Origin: a virus
Direction: 5' to 3' (one strand)
IMG/VR virus record: IMGVR_UViG_3300025327_000717
Coordinates: 8,954 to 72,953 of that record
Length of the DNA: 64,000 nt
In this document: positions 29,100 to 38,397 of the stretch, piece after piece
Numbering within the stretch: position 1 is the stretch's first letter
Layout of the letters: each line of letters begins with the position of its first letter
Position numbers and translations under genes: made by a program
Notes under the pieces: model-generated
Seen by the model: the letters and a program-made list of their open reading frames with translations, nothing else
What the model was told of the DNA's origin: nothing
Database searches by the model: none

Positions 29100-29588
29100 A
29101 TGGCAGGAGTGAACCGCTGGTACGGGATCGGCAACATGACGGCCGACCCCAAGATGAGCCAGGGCGACAACGTAGACAAGGATCGCTGCGAGTTCTCGAT
29201 AGCGATCAACAAGCCTGGGCAGGATAGCGAGCCCACATACCTCGACTTCGTGACATGGGGCAAGCTGGCCGGGCAGGTCGCCGATTTCGGCCGCAAGGGA
29301 CGGCTGGTGTTCTGTGATGGCGAGCTCGAGGTCCGCAAGTGGCAGACCAGCGAGGGTGAGAACCGCAAGCAGTTCCGCATCAAAGCCTACGTGGTGCGGT
29401 TCCTCGACCGACGGGATGATCGGGACGAAGACGATGGGCGCAGGCGCAGTCGTGACGACGAGCCCCGGCGCCAGCGTCGCGACCGAGACGATGAGCCACG
29501 TCGACGTGATCGTAACGATGAGCCAAGAGAAGAGGCACCACGTCGACCACGCGACCAAGCCTCTGACTTCGACGACCTACCGTTCTAG
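29100..29588 (+). CDS. ssb: single-stranded DNA-binding protein
   Basis: NRWYGIGNMTADP OB fold, KGRLVFCDGEL, acidic DDLPF tail. Confidence 0.92.
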   Translation: MAGVNRWYGIGNMTADPKMSQGDNVDKDRCEFSIAINKPGQDSEPTYLDFVTWGKLAGQVADFGRKGRLVFCDGELEVRKWQTSEGENRKQFRIKAYVVRFLDRRDDRDEDDGRRRSRDDEPRRQRRDRDDEPRRRDRNDEPREEAPRRPRDQASDFDDLPF

Positions 29589-30079
29589 TGACCACGCCTA
29601 GTCGGCGCGCAGAGCTGAGACTGCATGTCATCCACGAGGAAGACCTACCCGGGGCGTTCCACGACGTCCCGACACTCTTCCAGAAGTGGGGACTGCACCA
29701 AGAACCGCAGGAGTGCGTCTGGGTCGTCGCCTACGACGCCAACATGACGGTGAGGACGGTCATGGAGGTGGCGCGTGGCTCGCATGTGCGAGCCGAGGTC
29801 CACATCCCGACGCTCCTAGCGTCCGTCCTGACGACCGGGTGCGAGCGATTCATGCTGGTCCACAACCATCCATCGAGACGTCTCGTCCCGAGCCTGGGTG
29901 ATCGTGAGCTGACCATCGAGATCATGGATGCCGCGAACGCCTGCGGACTGTACTTCGAGGACCACGTGATCCTCACGCCGAACGGCAAGTGGTACAGCTT
30001 CGAGGAGCACGGACTCCTGAAACGAGCCGACTACATCGAGCACTCCGGGGCAGCCAGGAAAGCTGCCTCTGACCGATGA
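29588..30079 (+). CDS. RadC-like JAB domain protein
   Basis: QE...HNHPS...PSLGD...EDHVIL. Confidence 0.88.
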   Translation: MTTPSRRAELRLHVIHEEDLPGAFHDVPTLFQKWGLHQEPQECVWVVAYDANMTVRTVMEVARGSHVRAEVHIPTLLASVLTTGCERFMLVHNHPSRRLVPSLGDRELTIEIMDAANACGLYFEDHVILTPNGKWYSFEEHGLLKRADYIEHSGAARKAASDR

Positions 30080-30462
30080 CCAGATACGAACGACTAGCAG
30101 AGGCAGCGGGCGTTCGCCTCTGCACCGACTTCGAGTGTTTCTGGAAGGGTGGCATGGAGCCTGGCGTCGTCCACTTCGGGTACGTCAGGTACACGAGCAG
30201 GAGAGCGCTTTGGTTCCTGAAGGAAGCGCACTGGGCGACCATGATCAAGAAGCCCGAAGGACTGCCCCGATATGAACGAGCGATGTGGATCAACGCCACC
30301 GCCAAGAAAGCTGGCATCAGGATACCGAGATCGGTCTGGGAAGAGGAGCGAGCCAGGATGCGAGAAGACCTCTCGCGCTATGCGCGACATATCCCGCCCA
30401 GGTCGCGATCACTCGAGTACGAGAAGGCTGTCCGATGGGCAGAACGAAAGGAGGATCGATGA
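30076..30462 (+). CDS. hypothetical protein
   Basis: ATGA overlaps. Confidence 0.55.
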   Translation: MTRYERLAEAAGVRLCTDFECFWKGGMEPGVVHFGYVRYTSRRALWFLKEAHWATMIKKPEGLPRYERAMWINATAKKAGIRIPRSVWEEERARMREDLSRYARHIPPRSRSLEYEKAVRWAERKEDR

Positions 30463-31331
30463 CCAAGTCCGATCCAGTGAAGGAGTGGCATCCCGCCCTC
30501 CTCGATGACAGGGGGCTGAAGTTCGAGACGATCCGGATCGCCGACATCAACGTCGACCCGGCCTATCAACGCCCCCTCAGGGAGACGAAGATCAGCATGA
30601 TGTGGCAAGCGTTCGACCCCGCTGAGCTCACGGCTATCGTCGTCTCACGCCGAGACGACGGCAGCCTCTGGGTCCTCGACGGGCAGCACCGCATCGAGCT
30701 CCTGACCCGCCTAGGAAAGGCGGTGGTGCTAGCTGACGTGCGAGAAGGACTGACGAGAGAACAAGAGGCTCATCTCTTCTACCGGCTCAACGAGGGCCAG
30801 ACGAAGGTCGGGTCATGGGACAAGTTCAGAGCCCGCATGGCCGCCAAGGAGCCAGTGGCCATGCGCATCACGGAGATCATAGGGAAGCACGGTTTCCATA
30901 TCGGACGCTCCGATGAGGACCACGCCATCCAGGCCGTCTCTGCACTGGAGGACATCTATAGCATCGGGCGCCTCGACAAGACGTTGGTCATCATCTCGAC
31001 GGTCTGGCCGAACGACAAGACTGCACGCGAAGCCGTCATCCTCCAGGGCATGGGCGCGTTCCTACAGACGTTCGATGGGCAGATGGGCTGGGACGACGGG
31101 CGCATCCTCGAAGTGCTCGACAAGATCGGTCCATCCGCCATCCAGCGACGAGCCAGGGAGATCCAGCTCGAGACCGGGCGCTCTTACCAAAGGGGCGCCA
31201 CTTTGGCCATCGCGTTTCGTGATGCCTACAACGGCCTGATGACACGCGGCTCCAAGCCGAAGGTCCAGCTTTACGGTATGCCACTCATCAACTGGAACGG
31301 CGTGAGAGCACGGACCCAGCACCGAGGATGA
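30459..31331 (+). CDS. ParB-like (DGQHR) domain protein
   Basis: VDPAYQRPL, VLDGQHR, EAHLFYRLN. Confidence 0.8.
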   Translation: MTKSDPVKEWHPALLDDRGLKFETIRIADINVDPAYQRPLRETKISMMWQAFDPAELTAIVVSRRDDGSLWVLDGQHRIELLTRLGKAVVLADVREGLTREQEAHLFYRLNEGQTKVGSWDKFRARMAAKEPVAMRITEIIGKHGFHIGRSDEDHAIQAVSALEDIYSIGRLDKTLVIISTVWPNDKTAREAVILQGMGAFLQTFDGQMGWDDGRILEVLDKIGPSAIQRRAREIQLETGRSYQRGATLAIAFRDAYNGLMTRGSKPKVQLYGMPLINWNGVRARTQHRG

Positions 31332-31752
31332 GACGACTCCCTCAGCGCTTGCTCGCCATCGAACTCCGCACGGAGATCGACCGCGCACTGCTGGGGGACA
31401 CCAGGGCCACACGCCGAGCACTGGACTTGGCGTGCGACCCTGGCGCACGATCATCGCACGTACGGCACAACCTCCGTGCGTGGCGAGTGGCCTGGCTGGA
31501 GGGCGCGCGCCTGCGCGCCCTCAGTCAGGTCGACCCGAAGCCACTCGTTGGTGATATGGAGGACAAGATGGTCAGGAAGAACGAAGAGCTACTCCCGAAA
31601 GACATAGATGAGCGCATCCCTCCCGGGGAATACCTTCCCGACTGGGATAGTGACGGCAAACTCATCGGTGTCGTCCACGTTCCGGCCGACAGTGTCGCCA
31701 CCAGCGATGACTTCTACCCGATCCGTGGCGACGCTGAGCCAGAAGTGAAGAA

Positions 31753-32469
31753 GTGAGTGACTGGAACCTGAGGTGGGCACACACAACCAGGCTCATGAGA
31801 AAGCCACCACCACACTCCATGCCAGGACGCATGGTGGTCAGACTGGTCAGTGGGTCATATGCCTATGGAACGGACGCCGATGACAGCGACTGTGATTACC
31901 GCATGGTCTTCCAATTGCCGAACTCTGAGTTCCTGAGCCTCGGTACCCCGAACTCCACGCACACCGACCCGCTCGACCAGGTCGGCCATGAGCTAGCCCA
32001 CTATCTCCGTCTGCTCCTGAAGGGCAACCCCAACCTCGTGGAGATGCCCTTCATCCGCCCGGAGTGGTGGATTGAATCATCGGACACTTGGGAGGCCATC
32101 GTGGACGTCCGCGAGAGGTGGATCACGCGAGCCATGGCCTCCGCATATCGGGGCTGGATCTTCGGGGAACTGGCGAAGATCGGCCACAGCCCGACCATGA
32201 CCCCAAAGCGCATCAGCCACTGCGTCCGCCTCGCCTACGAACTCCGAGGAGCTCTGAACGACGGCATCATCCAGCCCCATCTGACCGGCTGGCAGCAGCA
32301 CAAGGTCATGGACTTCAAGGAGGACCGGCTCGACGGCTCGACCGCGATCCTCGAGGTCGAGGCGATCATGGAAGAGATCAGTGATGCCACTCTTCAGGCC
32401 CTACCGGAACCCCCCACGGAACTCGCGTCCGCCATCCTCAAAGAAGCTCGTCGGACTCACGGGGGGTGA
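31753..32469 (+). CDS. DNA polymerase beta-superfamily nucleotidyltransferase (RlaP-like)
   Basis: SGSYAYGT...SDCDYR, LLLKGNPNLVE, HCVRL. Confidence 0.85.
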   Translation: MSDWNLRWAHTTRLMRKPPPHSMPGRMVVRLVSGSYAYGTDADDSDCDYRMVFQLPNSEFLSLGTPNSTHTDPLDQVGHELAHYLRLLLKGNPNLVEMPFIRPEWWIESSDTWEAIVDVRERWITRAMASAYRGWIFGELAKIGHSPTMTPKRISHCVRLAYELRGALNDGIIQPHLTGWQQHKVMDFKEDRLDGSTAILEVEAIMEEISDATLQALPEPPTELASAILKEARRTHGG

Positions 32470-32601
32470 ACCGGGCCCACCCGTCGGAGAGCGCCCCATC
32501 GACCGACTTCTCTACTGGGATGGTGGGAGATGGGGCATGGTCTTCGGTGAGCCCGGTCTGTTCCCGTACGGACGGCCCATGATCATCGAACGTCGCCGAC
32601 C

Positions 32602-32967
32602 ATGAGCCACCGTACTCGTCGGAAGCGCAAAGAGGGAGGCAATCTCCAGTCCATCAGGATCCGCGATAAGACGAAGTGTCATCTGTGCGGTCAGGGCGTC
32701 TCTGCTATCGAGGCCTCGCGAGACCATCTCCATCCTCGCTCTTCCGGTGGCTACGACAAGAGCCGCAACTACAAGCTAGCCCACCGCGACTGCAACACGG
32801 CCAGGGGGGCGATGCCCATGGATGTGGCGCGCGCCGCCATCGAGGAACACCGGATATCTGGTGGACGCATGACCCGTCCGGTCATCGTCACGGTCCTGCG
32901 ACGAGCCCATGGACGCTGGGTCAAAGCCGACAAAGAGACCTCACCCCTCCGGGCGGACCCGAAGTGA
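32602..32967 (+). CDS. HNH endonuclease
   Basis: CHLC...DHLHPRSSGG...NYKLAHRDCN. Confidence 0.85.
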   Translation: MSHRTRRKRKEGGNLQSIRIRDKTKCHLCGQGVSAIEASRDHLHPRSSGGYDKSRNYKLAHRDCNTARGAMPMDVARAAIEEHRISGGRMTRPVIVTVLRRAHGRWVKADKETSPLRADPK

Positions 32968-33057
32968 TGAGGTCATCCTGCCCCTCGGTCGCTACTTCCG
33001 AGAGTTGCCGCCCGGGTTGCGAACCCTACGACGACTGAACAAGGAGTGTAACACATC

Positions 33058-33450
33058 TTGTCCCGCCCACGGGTGGCCATCTCTGGCAGTCGCACGTTCA
33101 CGGACCGCGCCCTCGTCGAGCTAGTCGTCGACCGCCTCATCGAACGCCAGGCCAGGATCCTCGTACCCTGCAGTGACAGTGGCTGCACTGCTGGTGTCGA
33201 CACCTTCGTCCATGAGCGTGTCGCCCAGCGCGACGCAGACTATGACCTCTTCATCGCCCAGTGGAAGAGATACGGCAAGCGCGCCGGGTTCATGCGCAAC
33301 GAGACGATGATCAAGGAAGCCACCGAGTTGGTCGCCATCATGGCGACCGGGCCATCACCTGGCACATCCCATGCCCTACTCTGTGCCCAGCGTCTCGGGA
33401 TCACGATGCACGTCTTCTATGACGGCAAGTGGACCTCACTGACAGCCTAA
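33058..33450 (+). CDS. SLOG superfamily protein (YspA/DUF2493-like)
   Basis: VAISGSRTF, GVD, AGFMRNETM, SPGT; TTG start with AAGGAG. Confidence 0.8.
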   Translation: MSRPRVAISGSRTFTDRALVELVVDRLIERQARILVPCSDSGCTAGVDTFVHERVAQRDADYDLFIAQWKRYGKRAGFMRNETMIKEATELVAIMATGPSPGTSHALLCAQRLGITMHVFYDGKWTSLTA

Positions 33451-34074
33451 AGGAGCCACGTCCATGGATCCTATCTGCGACAACTGCCCCCACCTGGAAC
33501 GAGACCACTACGTGAAGAAGGACGAGTCCATGACGGGCTGCATGTTCTGCATCTGTCACGCTTACAGGAGTGCTGTCGTCCCTGAGTTCACCGTCGATGC
33601 CGAGGTCTCAAGGGATGCCGAAGAGAAGCCCGAAAGAGAGTGAGCGTCAGGTCCTCTCCCCGCGAGTAGCAAAGCGAGCCGCACCGAAGCTGGAGCGCAC
33701 GCCATGCTGTGGCGCTCTTGTGCTCTGGTGCCGTCCCTTCCAGTGCGTCCACGAGTGGGAGGCTCGAAGCCAAGGAGGGTCGGTCTACTGACTCTTCCTG
33801 GGCTTAGGGGGGCCCGGGGGTCCATGCATCTCGCCCTGGCGGATGCGAGCGAGCCTCGCGAATATCTGCATGTGGCTCTCGTCGGCGATGGTCCACTTCT
33901 GATGTTCCCCGAACGGGGGGACCACATCCTGACGCCTGATCTTCGGTTCCATGACGTTCCTCGTTCTCGAGGCCCTTCGTGGGCCTCTATAGGATCGTCA
34001 TGTGATGAACCTCCTTATCAGCCTGCTCTGTGCGGCGATCTAGCCGTTTCCTAGATTACTCGAAAGGATGACTG

Positions 34075-34272
34075 ATGAAACCATCATGGTGGAGCAGCGC
34101 CCCAAGATGGCTCAAGGATGAACTCGGCGGGGATGACTACCACCTTCCGGGAACAACGCCCAAGCCACGACTCGAGAGGAGGCCTTTTGGAGGAGGCCGT
34201 CGCAAGATGACTTTCAGAGACATGGATGCCATCTCGCCAGACGATATCGTCCAGAGGCTAGACCGGTCTTGA
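34075..34272 (+). CDS. hypothetical protein
   Basis: AAGGA RBS; short ORF. Confidence 0.4.
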   Translation: MKPSWWSSAPRWLKDELGGDDYHLPGTTPKPRLERRPFGGGRRKMTFRDMDAISPDDIVQRLDRS

Positions 34273-34651
34273 TCTGCCGGAGATCAGAGTGAGAGAGGCA
34301 GACCCTCCCCCTTTCAGGGGAGGTCTTGGTTCTGCCGTATGACCATCGGTCGGTCGGCTGGACCACACATGCTCATAGCGAGGTCGGCTACCCGTCATAG
34401 CCTCTGGCATGTGCCCCCACGGGCGGGTCGGGAGTGTCTATGGTTGATTCATAGCCGAGCACGGCGCAGGGGCCCAAGAACGACGCAAGGGACATCCGCC
34501 GTGCGATCCGAGCCTTTCGCTCGGCTCCCCGTTGCCTGGGGGAAGCACCACTTCGGCTTACGCCTATCCTGGGTATTTGCGGATGGGACACGTTTGTGTC
34601 ACGATGTGTTCGCTTCTGGAGGGCAAAAACCTTACGCAAGGCAGAAGCGTC

Positions 34652-34684
34652 GAACCCCCGGCTCATGGCCGGGGGTTCTTTTTG
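34652..34684 (+). terminator. intrinsic terminator
   Basis: gaacccccgg / ccgggggttc stem followed by TTTTT. Confidence 0.8.
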
Positions 34685-34773
34685 GTCGATGATCTACGCG
34701 AGCGTTCGACAGGAACGTGGTGTCCTTGCCCTGTTCGGATGGCGCTCGCATAGGAGCGTCATCCTACACCTTG

Positions 34774-35409
34774 TCAGAGGCTTGTCACTGGGTCATCTTG
34801 CGAAGTGTCGTGGTCAGGCATGTCCACCGCGCTTGAGGCGCCTGACGTGTAGGAGGCGGCGGCCGTGGATACGTTGCCCCAGGCGGCCCGTGTGCCGATA
34901 GCGGAGTTGACATAGCCGTAAGTCGAGCCAGCGGCCATGCCAAGACTGTCACTCTCGGCGTAAGCGTCGATGTCAGCGCCCATGAAGACGAACTGCCAGC
35001 CCTTCTTGCGCATCTTAGCGATGAGCTCGCGGACTCGTTCCCTGCTCCACTCCCGGCTGGCGTTCTCCAGCCCATCGGTGACGATGAGGACGATGACCTT
35101 GCCCTTCGGCTTGCGATCACGGAGACGGCTGACCACGGACCCGACGGCGTCCATCAACGGTGTCATCCCTCGGGGCCGGTAATCGGCCGAGCGGATGGTG
35201 GCCTCCTTCGTTGGTCTCTGCTCGAAGACGTCTTGGACGGTCGGCTCGCCGGACACAGCATCGAACTGCGACAGTGAGATGAGCGTCCCGGGTGGTTGCT
35301 CTTTCACGAACTTGTTGAAGCCCTTCACCGTCTCGTCGGCCACGACGCCCATCGAGCCTGAACGGTCGAGGATGACAGCCACCTCGGTGGGCTGCTCCTG
35401 TTTGGTCAT
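34774..35409 (-). CDS. vWA domain protein
   Basis: MIDAS DRSGSM, TPLMDA, TDGLENAS. Confidence 0.9.
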   Translation of the reverse strand: MTKQEQPTEVAVILDRSGSMGVVADETVKGFNKFVKEQPPGTLISLSQFDAVSGEPTVQDVFEQRPTKEATIRSADYRPRGMTPLMDAVGSVVSRLRDRKPKGKVIVLIVTDGLENASREWSRERVRELIAKMRKKGWQFVFMGADIDAYAESDSLGMAAGSTYGYVNSAIGTRAAWGNVSTAAASYTSGASSAVDMPDHDTSQDDPVTSL

Positions 35410-35606
35410 GGTGCTCCTTTCTTGAGCCATATCGGTTCCTCATCCGACCAGACGAAGTCGGTCGTGATGCGTCCTGGGATGACGGTGAACACGGTCCTCC
35501 CGCTCTGGTTGGTGACCATCGTGGGGGCCTTGATGTGCTGATAGCCACCACGCAGGAACGACCGCAGGCCCATGGTCTCTTGAGCAGCCCTGTGGTAACT
35601 GGTCAT
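35406..35606 (-). CDS. hypothetical protein
   Basis: ATGA overlap with vWA gene; upstream TTGACG-17bp-CAATCT promoter candidate. Confidence 0.5.
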   Translation of the reverse strand: MTSYHRAAQETMGLRSFLRGGYQHIKAPTMVTNQSGRTVFTVIPGRITTDFVWSDEEPIWLKKGAP

Positions 35607-35762
35607 GTCAGCAGATTGACAGACTCCATGGCATACGTCAAGAGTGAAAGAGGGCCCCCCGGCTTGCGCTCCGAGCCGGGGGGCTGAGTAGAGGAGGAAC
35701 CACAGTCTACCTTATCCGTAAGTACCCGGATGCTCCGAGCAAAGCTCCCGGGTACGGGATAG

Positions 35763-35793
35763 AGCATACCATCGTGTCACCATCGTGTATGCT
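35763..35793. promoter_or_regulatory. bidirectional promoter/operator with GTGTCAC box
   Basis: TATGCT on both strands flanking GTGTCAC (35774); + strand -10 lies 6 nt before the rtcB ATG (leaderless). Confidence 0.55.
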
Positions 35794-35799
35794 TTCGTC

Positions 35800-36981
35800 A
35801 TGACGACCACAGCACAGGAGGTCTTCCAGGATGGCGGAAGGCCAGTGAGGTCCTGGGCCATCGACCTCGATGACGGAGCGCGACAGCAGGCTCTTAACGT
35901 ATCTCGGTTGCCCTTCGTGATGGGCCATGTCGCGCTGATGCCAGATGCCCACCAGGGCTATGGGATGCCGGTCGGCGGGGTCTTCATGGCGGACAGCGCC
36001 ATCGTCCCCTACGCCATCGGCGTGGACATCGGCTGCGGTGTGAGTCTCATCCAGACCGGCAGACCAGCAGAAAAGTTGACCCCAGCGGAGGTCCGCCGCT
36101 TCCTGGGTCAGGTGGCTCGTGACATACCGGTCGGCAACGGTCCACAGGCCCAGCACCGAACGCAAGGCGACCCCGTAAGCCCATGGATCGGTGCGTCTGA
36201 CCGAGTCTCTGCGTTCGTCGAGGCAGCCGAGGTCCAGCTTGGTACGCTCGGTGGTGGGAACCACTTCCTCGAGCTCCAGCGTGGCGACGATGACGGGATG
36301 CTCTACTTCATGATCCACTCGGGGTCGCGCTCGTTGGGCAAGAAGACCTGCGATCTTCACCATAAGCGAGCCCTGGCTCTGGACCGCATGTGGCATAGCG
36401 CGCTGCCTCATGACGAGGTCGCATGGCTTCCTTTCCGCTCACAAGAAGGCGCTGAATACTTCGACGACATGGACACGGTTCTTCAGTGGGCTGAGGAGAA
36501 CCGCAAGCGCATGGCGGTGAAGGTCATCGAGGCGTTCAGCACCGTGCTTGGCATCGAGGCTGCGATGACCCATGACATCCATCACAACTATGCAGCATGG
36601 GAGCAGCACGGCGGCAAGAACGGCATCGTCCATCGCAAGGGCGCGGTGCGTGCTCGAGAGGGCGAGAGGGTCCTCGTCCCAGGCTCCATGTCCACGGGCT
36701 CCTACATCGCCGAGGGCCTGGGTAATCCCGAGAGCTTCTCCACTTGTCAGCATGGTGCTGGTCGAGCACGTAGTCGTGCCGCGACCCGAAAGATGCTCTC
36801 GCTGGAGCAGATGGACCAGATGCTGGTCGACGCCGGAGTCCAGCTCGTGACGCCGAAGCGAGCCGACGTCATCGATGAGGCCGCCCTAGCCTACAAGGAC
36901 ATCGAGTCTGTGATGGCAGCGTCAGCCGATCTCGTGCGTCCGGTCCAACGGCTTTCGCCGATAGGGGTCGTTAAAGGCTAG
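35800..36981 (+). CDS. rtcB: RtcB family RNA ligase
   Basis: MPDAHQGYG, GVDIGCG, GTLGGGNHFLE, HSGSR, HHNY, HRKGA, PGSM, HGAGR, DEA..AYK. Confidence 0.96.
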   Translation: MTTTAQEVFQDGGRPVRSWAIDLDDGARQQALNVSRLPFVMGHVALMPDAHQGYGMPVGGVFMADSAIVPYAIGVDIGCGVSLIQTGRPAEKLTPAEVRRFLGQVARDIPVGNGPQAQHRTQGDPVSPWIGASDRVSAFVEAAEVQLGTLGGGNHFLELQRGDDDGMLYFMIHSGSRSLGKKTCDLHHKRALALDRMWHSALPHDEVAWLPFRSQEGAEYFDDMDTVLQWAEENRKRMAVKVIEAFSTVLGIEAAMTHDIHHNYAAWEQHGGKNGIVHRKGAVRAREGERVLVPGSMSTGSYIAEGLGNPESFSTCQHGAGRARSRAATRKMLSLEQMDQMLVDAGVQLVTPKRADVIDEAALAYKDIESVMAASADLVRPVQRLSPIGVVKG

Positions 36982-36984
36982 TCC

Positions 36985-37013
36985 GTGTCACCATCGTGTC
37001 ACGATGGTATGAT
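36985..37013 (+). promoter_or_regulatory. promoter with two phased GTGTCAC boxes
   Basis: GTGTCAC at 36985 and 36996, -10 TATGAT at 37008. Confidence 0.6.
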
Positions 37014-37126
37014 GGTGATGCTCGGGGACCGGGCTTCGACATCTGGGGAAGGTGTGGTTTGCTCCTGAACACGGTCCCTGAGCAACGTGCCATACAGGTG
37101 ACACGGACGGAGCGCAGACTGGACGC

Positions 37127-37888
37127 ATGGCAGACCCACTGGTCCTCTCAGGTTCTTCCCTCAACACCTTTTTGAACTGTGGTCGCCAGTGGGAATATGC
37201 CTACGTACAGCGCATCAAGCGACCGCCCAGGCTGAAGATGGTCCTCGGCAGCGCTGCCCATCGGGCCGTCGAACTCGACCTCGTGAACAAGATGGAGACC
37301 GGTGAGGATCTTCCTCGGGCCCAGGTCCAAGAGACGTTCCGCGATGAGTTCGTCCGGGGAGCGAACGATACTGACGATGACACCGACGACGTCGGCAAAC
37401 TGACCGACTCAGGTATCAGCACGGTGGGCGTCTGGCATGATGTCGTCGCCCCCAAGACTCACCCCAGACTCATCGAGCAGCACGTCCAGTACAAGCTGAA
37501 CGGCACCGTCATCGATGGCACGATCGACATCGTCCACGAGGATGGCCGCATCGGGGACTGGAAGTTCACCGCCAAGACCCCCGACAAACGGGGCGGAACC
37601 TATCTCATCCCCATGGTCGGCTATGCCATCGGCTACCGGCGTATGAGTGGAGAGGTCGAATCGGGCGTCGTGCTCGACTTCATGGTCAGGCTCAAGCAGC
37701 CCAAGCATCATCCTGTGTCCAGCGGCCCCGTCCCCGACGAGTCCATCGTGGCCTATGCCGGCATCGTGGATGACGTGGTCCGCTCCATCGATGCAGGGCT
37801 GTTCCCGCCGACTGGATTGAAGTCGGGTGCCTGCTCTTGGTGCGGGTATAAATCGATTTGTCCAGCCTTCCGTGCTGCTAGCATCTAG
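37127..37888 (+). CDS. PD-(D/E)XK RecB/Cas4-like exonuclease
   Basis: SSLNTFLNC, GSAAH, GTID...DWK, CSWCGYKSIC. Confidence 0.88.
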   Translation: MADPLVLSGSSLNTFLNCGRQWEYAYVQRIKRPPRLKMVLGSAAHRAVELDLVNKMETGEDLPRAQVQETFRDEFVRGANDTDDDTDDVGKLTDSGISTVGVWHDVVAPKTHPRLIEQHVQYKLNGTVIDGTIDIVHEDGRIGDWKFTAKTPDKRGGTYLIPMVGYAIGYRRMSGEVESGVVLDFMVRLKQPKHHPVSSGPVPDESIVAYAGIVDDVVRSIDAGLFPPTGLKSGACSWCGYKSICPAFRAASI

Positions 37889-38389
37889 ATGATATATGCT
37901 ATTGGCATGGACAGGTTCAAAAGGACAGAAGACCCCGCCACCTTCTTTTCACTCATAAGCCCTGACGGGTGCTGGGAGTGGTCGGGGGCCAGGGACAAAA
38001 ACGGCTATGGACAGACCAAGATTGGGATGCGTTCTGTGAAGGCTCATCGCAAAATCTGGGCCATGCTCTATGGGGGTATCCCCGAAGGTCTTATGATCCT
38101 CCATCACTGTGACAACCCGCCATGCGTCAGGCCTAACCACCTGTTCTTGGGGACTGCGAAGACCAATCGGCAGGACGCAGCATCCAAAGGACACATCCCA
38201 CCCCCTATACATCTCCGTCAAGTCGGCGAGAACAACCCAAGCGCCAAACTAACGGCTGATGATGTCAGGGACATCAGGGCACGCTATGCGACGGGGACCA
38301 TCAGTCAAAAAACACTTGGTGAAGAGTTCGGTCTAGAACAAGCCTCTGTCTCACACATCATCCATCGCAAGTCATGGAAGCATATCTAG
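37889..38389 (+). CDS. HNH homing endonuclease with C-terminal HTH
   Basis: CWEW, AHR, HHCDNPPCVRPNHL. Confidence 0.88.
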   Translation: MIYAIGMDRFKRTEDPATFFSLISPDGCWEWSGARDKNGYGQTKIGMRSVKAHRKIWAMLYGGIPEGLMILHHCDNPPCVRPNHLFLGTAKTNRQDAASKGHIPPPIHLRQVGENNPSAKLTADDVRDIRARYATGTISQKTLGEEFGLEQASVSHIIHRKSWKHI

Positions 38390-38397
38390 GAGGACAG

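Noticed and set aside
29415-29560. GACGATGAGCC-type tandem repeats in ssb
   Set aside because: Encode the low-complexity RDDEPRR linker of SSB
33450-37126. tRNA genes near rtcB
   Set aside because: No T-loop GTTCRA with cloverleaf pairing found by eye
37127-37888. Cas4 as evidence of a CRISPR system
   Set aside because: Sits near ERF as a typical phage recombination exonuclease; no array or other cas genes
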